Shown here in pieces: positions 9,834-18,753 of a DNA stretch of 64,000 bases; position 1 is the stretch's first letter; each line of letters begins with the position of its first letter. Origin of the DNA: Candidatus Woesearchaeota archaeon (GTDB taxonomy: Archaea; Nanobdellota; Nanobdellia; Pacearchaeales; GW2011-AR1); assembly GCA_964514585.1 (NCBI GenBank), contig CAZETU010000003.1, positions 32,001-96,000 on the forward strand, read 5' to 3'. Position numbers and translations under genes: made by a program. The notes beneath the pieces were generated by a model that did not search any database, had not been told where the DNA came from, and saw only the letters and a list, made by a program, of their open reading frames with translations.

Positions 9834-10642
9834 CGTATTTGCCGAAGGAGTATAAGTTGAAGGCTATACGTAAGTATACCGATGATGTGAAAATGTTTTT
9901 AGTGAAGTGCGGGTTGAATCCGCAGCCTGGGCAGTTTATGGAGGTTTCTGTTCCTGGGGTTGGTGAGGCTCCGCTTGCTTCTTGTTCTTATGATGGGGAG
10001 TATGTTGAGTTGTTGACTAGGAATGCTGGGAATGTGACGTCGGGGTTGTTTAATGCGCTTTCTGGGAATTCTATTTTTATTCGAGGGCCTTATGGAAAGG
10101 GTTTCCCGTTGGAGGAGTTGAAGGGAAAGGATTTGATTTTGGTTGCTGGTGGAACGGGGATTGCTCCGATAACTTCTTTGATTAGTTATGTTGAGAAGAA
10201 TAGGAAGGATTTTGATGATGTGTTTATTTATTTTGGGTTTAGGGATGAGGAGAGTATTTTGCTTAGTAGGAGGATTGGTAGATGGGCTAGAAAGTTTAAG
10301 GTTAGTATTGTTTTGAGTGATGATCCTAAGAATGAACATTATGAGAAGGGGTTTGTTGATGAGTTGATTAGGAATCATAAGCCTTCGATTAAGAATTCTG
10401 TTGCCTTGCTTTGTGGGCCTGAGATTATGATGAGGGTGGCGACGAAGGAATTGAATAAGTTGGGGCTTGAGAATAATAAGGTATACTGGTCGCTTGAGAG
10501 GCGGATGGAGTGTGGGTTTGGTAGTTGTGGTCGGTGTCAGATTCAGGATTTGTATGTTTGTAAAGATGGGCCTGCGTTTAGGTATGATGTTATTAAGTCG
10601 AGGTTGGATAATGAGAATTCGGCTCATGGGAGGAAGAAATGA
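9830..10642 (+). CDS. hydG: Group 3b hydrogenase gamma subunit (FAD/NAD(P)-binding, 2Fe-2S)
   Basis: PGQF, RGPYGKGF, VAGGTGIAP, LCGP and MECGFGSCGRC...VCKDGP motifs. Confidence 0.9.
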   Translation: MTYLPKEYKLKAIRKYTDDVKMFLVKCGLNPQPGQFMEVSVPGVGEAPLASCSYDGEYVELLTRNAGNVTSGLFNALSGNSIFIRGPYGKGFPLEELKGKDLILVAGGTGIAPITSLISYVEKNRKDFDDVFIYFGFRDEESILLSRRIGRWARKFKVSIVLSDDPKNEHYEKGFVDELIRNHKPSIKNSVALLCGPEIMMRVATKELNKLGLENNKVYWSLERRMECGFGSCGRCQIQDLYVCKDGPAFRYDVIKSRLDNENSAHGRKK

Positions 10643-11418
10643 AGCCGACTGAGAAGCCGACTGTTGGGTTTTATGGTTTGGCTGGTTGTGCTGGGTGTTT
10701 GTTGACGGTTTTGTATGAGAAGTGTTTTACTCGGTTGACGGAGCTTGTGGATATTAAGGCGTTTCCTTTTATTCAAGAGAAGAATTATGAAGGGAAGTTG
10801 GATTATATTTTTGTCGAAGGAACGGTTTGTTTTGATGAGGATATTATTATGTTGAATAAGCTTCGGAAGCGGGCTGGTAAGTTGGTTGCTCTTGGGAGTT
10901 GTGCTTGTTTTGGGTGTGTGCCGTCGATGAAGAATTTTCATGATCAGGATAAGGTTAAGAGTTTTGTTTATCCTAAGCATAATAATTTAAGGGAGACGCC
11001 GCCGACGCCGCTTGACCGTCATGTTAAGGTTGATTATAGGTTGCCGCAGTGTCCGCCGGATAAGGATGAGATTTTGGAGTTTATCGAGTGTATTGTGACG
11101 GGGCGAGAGTTCGTGCCGTATATCAGTCCTGTCTGTTTGGAATGTCGGAAGAAAGGGAATCCTTGTTTGTTGGAGCAGGGGAAGATTTGTTTGGGGCCTG
11201 TGACGAATGGTGGATGTGGTGCTCTTTGTCCGTCGAATAATGTTACTTGCTATGGTTGTCGGGGCCCTTGTAAGGATGCGAATTATAAGGCGTTTTTAAA
11301 TATGTTAAAAGAAAAAGGTTTTACTGCTAAGGATATGAGAGATAAGATGGAGATTTTTGCTGGGTTGGCGTTTAAGGATGAAGATAAGGAGGATATTTCG
11401 GAATGGCTAGAGAAGTAA
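10639..11418 (+). CDS. hydD: Group 3b hydrogenase delta (small) subunit
   Basis: GCAGC, EG, ALGSCACFGC, CPP, CLGPVTNGGCGALCP and CYGCRGP motifs. Confidence 0.9.
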   Translation: MKPTEKPTVGFYGLAGCAGCLLTVLYEKCFTRLTELVDIKAFPFIQEKNYEGKLDYIFVEGTVCFDEDIIMLNKLRKRAGKLVALGSCACFGCVPSMKNFHDQDKVKSFVYPKHNNLRETPPTPLDRHVKVDYRLPQCPPDKDEILEFIECIVTGREFVPYISPVCLECRKKGNPCLLEQGKICLGPVTNGGCGALCPSNNVTCYGCRGPCKDANYKAFLNMLKEKGFTAKDMRDKMEIFAGLAFKDEDKEDISEWLEK

Positions 11419-11960
11419 GGAGAGATATTGCAATAGAGATTGTTAAAAATAAGGATTTGTCCAAGAAGCAAAAGGAAACTATAAATAATGCAAGAAAAAA
11501 GGAATTTGGAAAAAATGAAGTAAAAGATTTTTCTAAAAATTATGAACCAAGAACGTTATGGTTTTTTATAAAAGATAAAAATAAAGTTGTTTCTTTTGCT
11601 GGGATAATACCTATCAAAGTTAAATATAATAGGAAGACCTATAATATTGGAGGAATTTGTAGCACGATTTCTTTAGTAAAGAAAAGGGGATATGGAAAGG
11701 TTATGGTTCATGCGTTAATTGATTATTCAAAAAAGAAAGGTAAGGCAATTGTCGGATTTACGGGGGAAACAAAGTTTTTTGCTAAAGTTGGGCTTGGAAC
11801 TAAAAAGAATTTTATTAGAAGGTTTGTCTGGGTAAAAAAGAATGGAGAAAGAACCTATGATTCTGATGGTGACGGTATTTATTATGAAGGTAAAGATAAA
11901 TTTATATCTAAAGTTTTCAAAACTAAATCTATGGTGGAAATACCCGTGGAGTATTGGTGA
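11403..11960 (+). CDS. GNAT-family N-acetyltransferase inserted in the hydrogenase operon
   Basis: IGGICSTISLVKKRGYGK acetyl-CoA motif A and FFAKVG; overlaps both hydD and hydA; more A-rich than its neighbours. Confidence 0.75.
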   Translation: MAREVRRDIAIEIVKNKDLSKKQKETINNARKKEFGKNEVKDFSKNYEPRTLWFFIKDKNKVVSFAGIIPIKVKYNRKTYNIGGICSTISLVKKRGYGKVMVHALIDYSKKKGKAIVGFTGETKFFAKVGLGTKKNFIRRFVWVKKNGERTYDSDGDGIYYEGKDKFISKVFKTKSMVEIPVEYW

Positions 11961-13237
11961 TGGGAAAGGAAATTAATTTGAATCATATTTGTAAAATAGA
12001 AGGGCATGCTCATTTGAATTTGAAGATCGAGGAGAATAAGGTTGTGCGGTGCGAATTGAAGGCGGCTGAGGGAGCGCGGTTTTTTGAGGCATTGGTTTTG
12101 GGGAAGAAGGTTGAGGATATTCAGGAAATTGTTTCTCGGATTTGTGGGATTTGTTCTTGTTCGCATTCGGTTGCTTCTATTCAGGGGTTGGAGGAAGCTT
12201 TGGGGATAAAACCTTCGGAGCAGCAAATTTTTATTCGGGAAATGTTGTTGTTGGGGGAGAGGATTAGGAGTCATGCGACGCATCTTTATTTTTTGAGTTT
12301 GCCTGATTTTTTTGGGGCGAGTTCTGTTTTGACTTTGGGCAAGGAACATAAGCCGAAGATTAATGATGCTTTGGAGATTGTTTCTGCTGGGAATAAAGTT
12401 GTTGAGGAATTTGGCGGGCGGGATATGCATCCGTTTTTGAAAGTTCGTGAGGAGATGCCTGATATTGATTTTAGTGAGACTTTGAAAAGGCTTGAGGATT
12501 CTAAGAAAGCGATTATGAGAACGATTAATTTGTTTGCGGGGTTGAAGTATCCTGATTTGAGGCGTGATACTGATTATTTGTCTTTGAAGGAGAAGGTTGA
12601 TTATGCGAATATTTCGGGGAAGGTTTCTTCGATGAATGAGCTTTTTGTTGACGATGATTATAAGAAGCATTTGACAGAGAATGTTAAAGAATATGCGACT
12701 TCGAAGTTTGTTTTGCAGGACGGTAAGCCGTATATGTTGGGGGCGATGGCTCGGATTAATAATAATCATTCGCAACTTAGTGATGAGGCTAAGGCTGTTT
12801 TGAGGAAGACTTTGGCTAGGATGAAGATTAGTTTGCCTTTGAAGAATCCTTATTATAATTTGATTTGTCAGTCGGTTGAGTTATTGGAGGCGGTGAATCG
12901 GGTTATTCATTTGATTGAGAATGCTCCGGTGGCTGAGGGTCCTAAGGATATTGTGATTAAGGCTGGGCATGGGGTTAGCGCTGCTGAGGCGCCGAGGGGG
13001 ACGCTTTTTCATGAATATGATATTGATAAAGATGGAAAGGTTACTTATTGTAATATTATTACGCCGACGGCGCAGAATTTGAATATGATGGAATGTGATA
13101 TTACGACTTTGGTTAATTGGCTTTTGGAGAAGGGTACGTCTGAGAAAGATATTGTTGAGAAGATTGAAATGTTGATTCGGGCTTATGACCCTTGTTTTAG
13201 TTGCTCGACTCATTTTTTGAAAGTTAATTGGTTGTGA
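11960..13237 (+). CDS. hydA: Group 3b [NiFe]-hydrogenase alpha (large) subunit
   Basis: KIEGHA, L1 motif RICGICSCSH, EAPRGTLFH and L2 motif DPCFSCSTH, with a 7-aa C-terminal extension FLKVNWL. Confidence 0.95.
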   Translation: MGKEINLNHICKIEGHAHLNLKIEENKVVRCELKAAEGARFFEALVLGKKVEDIQEIVSRICGICSCSHSVASIQGLEEALGIKPSEQQIFIREMLLLGERIRSHATHLYFLSLPDFFGASSVLTLGKEHKPKINDALEIVSAGNKVVEEFGGRDMHPFLKVREEMPDIDFSETLKRLEDSKKAIMRTINLFAGLKYPDLRRDTDYLSLKEKVDYANISGKVSSMNELFVDDDYKKHLTENVKEYATSKFVLQDGKPYMLGAMARINNNHSQLSDEAKAVLRKTLARMKISLPLKNPYYNLICQSVELLEAVNRVIHLIENAPVAEGPKDIVIKAGHGVSAAEAPRGTLFHEYDIDKDGKVTYCNIITPTAQNLNMMECDITTLVNWLLEKGTSEKDIVEKIEMLIRAYDPCFSCSTHFLKVNWL

Positions 13238-13238
13238 G
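13213..13238 (+). repeat. 26-bp direct repeat copy 1 (hydA 3' end)
   Basis: TTTTTTGAAAGTTAATTGGTTGTGAG, identical to 13810-13835. Confidence 0.9.
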
Positions 13239-13282
13239 GAAGTTGATTTAAGAAAGGTTATTAAATTATTATTTTAGTAGAT

Positions 13283-13651
13283 TTAATATCCCATATAATC
13301 ATTAAATAATTTTACACCGATAGCTCCACCAAATGCTCCGAGTGTCAAATAGGTGCCTGTCTCTAAGATATTATTATCAAATAAATATCTATTAACATCG
13401 TGTGCTAGAAAGGTGGCAGTCATTATTCCGCAAAATCCAGTAATGTTTCTAAGCCCGGCAATAAACCTTGTTGTTTTATAATCATGCCTAGTAATTTTTG
13501 TAGATTCTTGTTTTTGGGGCAGAGCATTAGGATCTTTATCCCCAAAACTATAATCGTTTAGACCTGTCGCAATTATTGGAGGAATAGATGTGCCGTCTAA
13601 GATAGGTTTAGGCTCTGTTTCTGGTTTTACAATTTCTTCAATTGTTTGCAT
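13283..13651 (-). CDS. Hypothetical protein with two C-terminal hydrophobic segments
   Basis: 122-aa ATG ORF lying between the two 26-bp repeats. Confidence 0.55.
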   Translation of the reverse strand: MQTIEEIVKPETEPKPILDGTSIPPIIATGLNDYSFGDKDPNALPQKQESTKITRHDYKTTRFIAGLRNITGFCGIMTATFLAHDVNRYLFDNNILETGTYLTLGAFGGAIGVKLFNDYMGY

Positions 13652-13809
13652 TTTTTAATAAAGTTAAAGAGATATATAAAATTATTTATTAAAATTATTT
13701 ATTCTTTAAGATTATAATGTAGATACAGACGAGGGGGATTTAATGGGCTTTCATCTGAGGAGAAATTATTTTGGCTTACTGAGCATAATCTTCCATTGTC
13801 TTGATATTG

Positions 13810-13835
13810 TTTTTTGAAAGTTAATTGGTTGTGAG
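13810..13835 (+). repeat. 26-bp direct repeat copy 2 (orphan copy of the hydA 3' end)
   Basis: Identical to 13213-13238; an in-frame TGA at 13802-13804 shows it is not the end of an intact ORF. Confidence 0.9.
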
Positions 13836-13902
13836 TTTAATGTTAAGATTTCATAATTTAGATAAATTTTAATGGAGGAGTAAGACAGCGCGGATTATTT
13901 TT

Positions 13903-14316
13903 TTAGGAATTAGATTCATTGCTATTAAAAAATTTCTTTAGCACATCTCTTTGATCAGGTACAGTTTCCTCTTTTAGAAAATCTTCCTTTGCGAACCACC
14001 TAAAGTCTGATGCTTCTCTATTGATCTTTATTTCCCCATTAAAGTCTGCTGTAAAATAATTACAATCATAAATCTTTCCTACTTGTTCTGTTGAAACCTC
14101 GATTCTTGAGAGAAATAATTTAAGATTATATACGTCAAGGTTCACTTCTTCTTTTACCTCTCTCCTGCAGGCTTCTTTCAATGTTTCCCCTTGTTCCACT
14201 TTCCCAGCGGGCAAACACCATTTTCCTAGTCCATGTGATGTGTTTGCTCTTTTAATCATTAAAATACGTTCATCTTTATCTTTCAAAATTAAAAGAACGG
14301 TCAATGTCTTGCCCAT
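13903..14316 (-). CDS. Nudix hydrolase (MutT-like)
   Basis: Intact Nudix box GKVEQGETLKEACRREVKEEVNL. Confidence 0.9.
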   Translation of the reverse strand: MGKTLTVLLILKDKDERILMIKRANTSHGLGKWCLPAGKVEQGETLKEACRREVKEEVNLDVYNLKLFLSRIEVSTEQVGKIYDCNYFTADFNGEIKINREASDFRWFAKEDFLKEETVPDQRDVLKKFFNSNESNS

Positions 14317-14419
14317 TATAAATAATCAAATAGTTTTTGGTTTATTAATCTTTTTATAAGTACTACCTTCGGGTGGAGATGAAAGCAAGTAAAGTGGATA
14401 CTTTGATTGTTTTTGATTG

Positions 14420-14785
14420 TTATTTGACTGTGATAAGTTCTAGAACTTCTTTGTAGATTTCTTTTGAATTTCCATTGGAAGGTATGCCGATTATTTTGAA
14501 TTCTTTTCCGATTAATTTTAGAACGTAGCCTGCGTCGAAATCGTGGGCGCTTAGGATGCTGTCGTTTCTTATGTCTTTGACTTTTATTATTTGGGCTTTT
14601 TTTAGTTTTTTAACGATGTCTATAATGATTAGTTGGTTTGTTTGGATTTCGTTTAGAAGGGTCATTAGTTGGAAGCTGTCTTTGACGTTTGTGATTTTGT
14701 GTTTTTTTGATAGTAGTTTACCAACTTCTTTTGCTAAGGCATCACCTTCTATGAATTCGTTTCCGAGACAGAGGATTTTAACCAT
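14420..14785 (-). CDS. Hydrogenase maturation protease (HycI/HyaD-like, minimal)
   Basis: LCLGNEFIEGDA, IIIDIV and SAHDFD motifs; located next to hypC and hypA. Confidence 0.75.
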   Translation of the reverse strand: MVKILCLGNEFIEGDALAKEVGKLLSKKHKITNVKDSFQLMTLLNEIQTNQLIIIDIVKKLKKAQIIKVKDIRNDSILSAHDFDAGYVLKLIGKEFKIIGIPSNGNSKEIYKEVLELITVK

Positions 14786-15281
14786 ATGTTTCATAGTCTC
14801 CTTGTGTGATTGTTTCTGCTATGTGTTTTTTGTGGGTTGTGACATATTGTCCTGGGTTTAGTTCTAGATGTCTGTAGTTGACCGCTCTTATTTCCTCTCC
14901 TGTTTTGTCTTTTAGAATTATAATACCTTTTTCTTTATTTACTATTTCCCAGAATTTGACCTTACATATTTCTCTGTGTGTTGGGGTTGCGTGTTCGTAG
15001 CCTGCTTCTCCGTTATCGATTATTTGGTTGTGTTCTGTCCACCAATATTTTTGGACATTTTCTTCGGTCCAGTAATTTTCTCCTAGTTTTTCTTGCATTC
15101 TTCTGAACGCGTCTGCGTATAGCTCTTGGAGTTTTTCTTGCTCTGGTTCTATTCCTTTCATTAGCATTTCTTCTAGTCTAGATTTTTCTTTTTCTAATCT
15201 AAGTTTTTCTTCTCCTTCTGCTTTTTGACAAGCGCCCAATGCTGGGAGTGCATACATTAGAAATTTTAGTCCCGCGCTCAT
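14778..15281 (-). CDS. Uncharacterised hydrogenase-cluster protein with a HypC-like C-terminal segment (possibly DUF6390-related)
   Basis: Translationally coupled between hypC and the protease. FLMYALP..C, KYW, CKVKFWEI and PGQYVTTH resemble, from memory, DUF6390 motifs. Confidence 0.5.
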   Translation of the reverse strand: MSAGLKFLMYALPALGACQKAEGEEKLRLEKEKSRLEEMLMKGIEPEQEKLQELYADAFRRMQEKLGENYWTEENVQKYWWTEHNQIIDNGEAGYEHATPTHREICKVKFWEIVNKEKGIIILKDKTGEEIRAVNYRHLELNPGQYVTTHKKHIAETITQGDYETYG

Positions 15282-15475
15282 TTGATTATCTCTAAGAATT
15301 TTTTTGCTTTATCTCCTGGAACTTTTGCGAGAATTATTTTATTACTTATTATAACGTAGTCTCCAGGTTTGACGTCAACTAGAGAAGTTTCAACTGTTCT
15401 TTGTTCTGAGCCGTAGTCAATTGTGTAATTGTTTTCTTCGGCTTTGATTATTTTTCCTGGAATACTTAAACACAT
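15278..15475 (-). CDS. hypC: Hydrogenase maturation chaperone HypC
   Basis: N-terminal MCLSIPGKI and KPGDYVII. Confidence 0.9.
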   Translation of the reverse strand: MCLSIPGKIIKAEENNYTIDYGSEQRTVETSLVDVKPGDYVIISNKIILAKVPGDKAKKFLEIIK

Positions 15476-15795
15476 TAATCATACGTTACGCTCAGGATTT
15501 TAATATCTTTGCCTTCTAGAATTTGTGGTATTTCTTGGCATTTTGGGCATTCGAAGATTACCATGTCGTGGAGTCTCTCTCTTGTTTTAGGAGGGCCCTT
15601 GTAGCCGCAATCGCAGCTTACTAGTGCATTTTTTTGGTTAGTTTGGACATTCCACCCAGTTTCTTTTTTCATATGTTCTGCGAGATGATCTGGCTCTATT
15701 CCTGCTAGTTCTCCCACCTCTATAACTATTCCTGAGACTGCGTCTTTGTTTTCTATGTCTTGGATTATTGCTTGAATGAAACTATGTTCGTGCAT
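15475..15795 (-). CDS. hypA: Hydrogenase nickel metallochaperone HypA
   Basis: MHEHS N-terminus, VGELAGIEP, CDC...CPKC zinc site and ILEGKDIKI. Confidence 0.9.
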   Translation of the reverse strand: MHEHSFIQAIIQDIENKDAVSGIVIEVGELAGIEPDHLAEHMKKETGWNVQTNQKNALVSCDCGYKGPPKTRERLHDMVIFECPKCQEIPQILEGKDIKILSVTYD

Positions 15796-15796
15796 A

Positions 15797-16426
15797 TTAA
15801 TTTCCCAGTAGTTTAGAAAGAGTTTTGTTTGGTGTTTTTGATGTTGTTATTGCTGAGCTTATCGCGATTCCTTTGGCACCTAGTTTCATTGCGATTTTTA
15901 GGTCCTCGTTTGTTTTGATTCCTGCACCAACTATAAAATCATATTTTAATTTTTTACCAATCTCTTCGATTAGTTTTGGTTTTGCTTTGCTGACGGATAT
16001 TTTTCCGGCGACTAATTCTGGAGGTTCGATGATTAGGTAGTATGGTTTTAATTTTTTAATTTCTTGAGCTTGTTTTAGGTCTTTAGCAAAAATGGCAGTT
16101 TTTAATTTTAGTTTTTTGCATCGTTTAATTGTTTTTTTTATGATGTCTAATTTTATTCGATGTTCGCTGTGGTTTAGAAAAATTCCTTCTATGTTTTCTG
16201 CTTTGATTGCTTCTGGTAAAATGAATCCCGTGTTTCTTCCTGGTTCTTGGTAGTCGACGTGTTGGGCGTAGATTGGGTTTTTTACGGCTTTTTTAACTTC
16301 AGAAATATTTGTTGGCTGGACTCCTATGATAATTTTTTTGTCTACCTTTTCAATTTGTTTTGCTAGGGCAACGGCTTTTTGTCCTTGATTGTATGTTTTC
16401 AAGTTTATAATTATAATTGGTTTCAT
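15797..16426 (-). CDS. tpiA: Triosephosphate isomerase, archaeal type
   Basis: INLKTY, AQHVD, LNHSEHR, IEPPELV and VGAGI motifs. Confidence 0.95.
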   Translation of the reverse strand: MKPIIIINLKTYNQGQKAVALAKQIEKVDKKIIIGVQPTNISEVKKAVKNPIYAQHVDYQEPGRNTGFILPEAIKAENIEGIFLNHSEHRIKLDIIKKTIKRCKKLKLKTAIFAKDLKQAQEIKKLKPYYLIIEPPELVAGKISVSKAKPKLIEEIGKKLKYDFIVGAGIKTNEDLKIAMKLGAKGIAISSAITTSKTPNKTLSKLLGN

Positions 16427-16884
16427 TTTTTGAGAATACTTTTTTTGAATTTAAATTTGTAGTCGTGTCCAGCATCCTTGCTGTAAATTGTCATTACTTT
16501 TAGTGGCTTTTCTCCCGTGTTTACTAGTCTGTGTCCCGATCTTCCAGGTATGTGATATATCTTTTCTTTTTTTAATTCGTAAGTTTTTGTTGTTTTGTTT
16601 TGAATTATTAATTTTCCTTTTCCTTCAATTAGGACATATATTTCTGGATTATTTTTAACATGCCTATGTCCTTTTGTCATGTAATATTCTTTTCCAATTG
16701 TTCCTGGTTCGATTACAGTTAATCCCTCTTCGAAGTCGTCGTAATCTTTTATGTATACTTTGTAGATAATTGGATTTCCCGTTAGGAGTTTATTTTTATA
16801 GGAATCTTTCATGTCCTTGTATTTTCTAATCATGATTTCATCTTTGTGGCTTTCTAATTTTTTGAAATCTATTTCGTTTTTCAT
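16423..16884 (-). CDS. pgi: Cupin-type glucose-6-phosphate isomerase
   Basis: TVIEPGTIGKEYYMTKGHRH, EIY, HRLVNTG and AGHDY motifs. Confidence 0.9.
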   Translation of the reverse strand: MKNEIDFKKLESHKDEIMIRKYKDMKDSYKNKLLTGNPIIYKVYIKDYDDFEEGLTVIEPGTIGKEYYMTKGHRHVKNNPEIYVLIEGKGKLIIQNKTTKTYELKKEKIYHIPGRSGHRLVNTGEKPLKVMTIYSKDAGHDYKFKFKKSILKK

Positions 16885-17648
16885 GGCCAGATTATTTTTT
16901 TAATTTTATTGGTTAATTTTATTGGGTCTTTGCTTTGCCAAATATTTCTTCCGATTGCGAGTCCAGTGCAGTTGACTTGCATTGCTTCTTTGACTTCTTT
17001 AAGTAGGGCTTTCTCATCTTTTTTGCTTCCGCCTGCGATTACGACTTTGGCTTTGCCCGCACTTTTTATTGCCCAGTCTAAATCTTCTTTGATTCCTGTT
17101 GGATGGATTTTTATTATGTCTGCTCCGAGTTCTAATCCGACTCTGGTCGAGTAAGCCATTAGTTCTTTTTCTTTTTTATCCCTTACTCCTTTTCCTCTAG
17201 GGTAAATCCAACAAACTACGGGTAAGCCAATTTTGTGAGCCTCTCTTTGGATTTTGACGAATTCTTGGAGCATTTCTTCTTCATGGACGCTTCCTATGTA
17301 AATGGTATATCCTACTGCGGTTGCCCCGAGTTCTTTTGCTTCTTTGACAGAACAAAGTTGTCTTGAAACTGGGTCGCCTTTGACTAGAGAAGTTTTGCCG
17401 TTTAATTTTACGATTAGTGGAATTTTGCTTGCTTTGATTTCTTTGTTGTATTTTTCTGCTATGCCTTTTTGAAAGATTAGTCCTGTGAATTTTCCTTCTT
17501 TTGCAATTTTAATTATGAATTCTGGATCGACGTTTTTGTCATTGAAGTCTGTTGGCCCGTGTTCTAATCCTTGATCGTAAGCTAGGAATAGTGCCTTCTT
17601 CTTTTTTAGGATTTTTCTTAGGTTAATTTTTTTTCTTAGTATTGCCAT
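16881..17648 (-). CDS. fbaB: Class I (DhnA-type) fructose-bisphosphate aldolase
   Basis: LAYDQGLEHGP, AVGYTIY, WIYPRG, ELGADIIK, AGG and AIGRNIWQ motifs. Confidence 0.95.
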   Translation of the reverse strand: MAILRKKINLRKILKKKKALFLAYDQGLEHGPTDFNDKNVDPEFIIKIAKEGKFTGLIFQKGIAEKYNKEIKASKIPLIVKLNGKTSLVKGDPVSRQLCSVKEAKELGATAVGYTIYIGSVHEEEMLQEFVKIQREAHKIGLPVVCWIYPRGKGVRDKKEKELMAYSTRVGLELGADIIKIHPTGIKEDLDWAIKSAGKAKVVIAGGSKKDEKALLKEVKEAMQVNCTGLAIGRNIWQSKDPIKLTNKIKKIIWP

Positions 17649-18753
17649 TTTTCTTTTTTGTTGATTTTTTCTTAGGGTTTGGGTTTTTTAGATCTAGATG
17701 TTTGTGATTCATTTCGTAGAGGGCTGTTATGAATAATGATTCGCTCCAACCGAGTGGGCTGTTTTCGTTGTTTTTTTCTGAGTTGGAGTAATAGAGTTCT
17801 GGGACTTCTCCTTCAGTGTTTTCTGTGTCAATTGTCATGTCTAGGAATTTTTTGGCTTTCTTTTTGTTGCCTAGTTGGGAGTAGATGATTGAGAGCCATG
17901 AGAGTCCAAAGGTCCATTCTGCTTCTTCTGAGATGTTATCTAGGTTTTTGTTGTAGTATGCGTCGCCTTTGTATCTAATTACTCCTTTGTTTTTTAGTAA
18001 GTGGTATTCTACATTTTTTAGGATTTCTTTAGTTTGTCCTTTGGTTGTGACTTCGTATGGCCAGATTAGGGACAGTAGTGCTAGATCGACGAATTTTTTG
18101 TCCGATTCTCTTGGGAGTAATTTTGCTAGAGCTTGATAGCCTTTTTTTATTATTTCTGGGTGGACATTAATCCCCTTTAGATCTTTTACCATTTCTAATC
18201 CTGCAACGCATGCTCCGACACTGGATGCGTGAACCTCTTCGTTTTCTTCCCAGATTCCTGAGTCTGGGTCGTGCCAGTATTCTAGTGTTGAAAGGTAGTC
18301 GACTAATTTTTGGACGATTCGGTAGTCTGCTTCATTCTCTAGGATTTTTATTTCTTTGACTTTTTCTAGTTCTCCTATTTTGAAGAGGATGCATCCTATT
18401 GCGTCGTTTTGTTTGTTTCCCCATTCTTCCCAGAATTCTTCGAATGTTTCAGGGTGATATCTTGCATGAATGTATTCGTGTGTGTATGCGGGCTTGCTTG
18501 CGATTGCCATTGTGATTTTGTCTTCGTGTTTTAGAAATATGTCTAGTAGTGCTCTGTATGTTTGTTTGACTGTTTGCCAATCTTTTGTGACTTCGAAGGC
18601 GATGCATTCGTAGAAGTTGTCTCGGAGCCATGCTTTATCGTAGCCTGTGCTGACCGTTGGTTTTGAGGCTGAGAATAATCCTGATTTGAATTTTAGTCCG
18701 TTTAATATTTTAATATGTTGCTTGATTAGGTCTTTTTCTTTTAGTGGTTTCAT
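17623..18753 (-). CDS. GH15-like six-hairpin glycosidase
   Basis: AWLRD, KQNDAIG, GIWEE, GVIRYKGDAY, EW and VPELY...PLGWSES motifs. Confidence 0.85.
   Translation of the reverse strand: MKPLKEKDLIKQHIKILNGLKFKSGLFSASKPTVSTGYDKAWLRDNFYECIAFEVTKDWQTVKQTYRALLDIFLKHEDKITMAIASKPAYTHEYIHARYHPETFEEFWEEWGNKQNDAIGCILFKIGELEKVKEIKILENEADYRIVQKLVDYLSTLEYWHDPDSGIWEENEEVHASSVGACVAGLEMVKDLKGINVHPEIIKKGYQALAKLLPRESDKKFVDLALLSLIWPYEVTTKGQTKEILKNVEYHLLKNKGVIRYKGDAYYNKNLDNISEEAEWTFGLSWLSIIYSQLGNKKKAKKFLDMTIDTENTEGEVPELYYSNSEKNNENSPLGWSESLFITALYEMNHKHLDLKNPNPKKKSTKKKNGNTKKKN

Noticed and set aside
13678-13703. 13-bp tandem duplication AAAATTATTTATT x2
   Set aside because: Low-complexity AT-rich sequence, most likely slippage.
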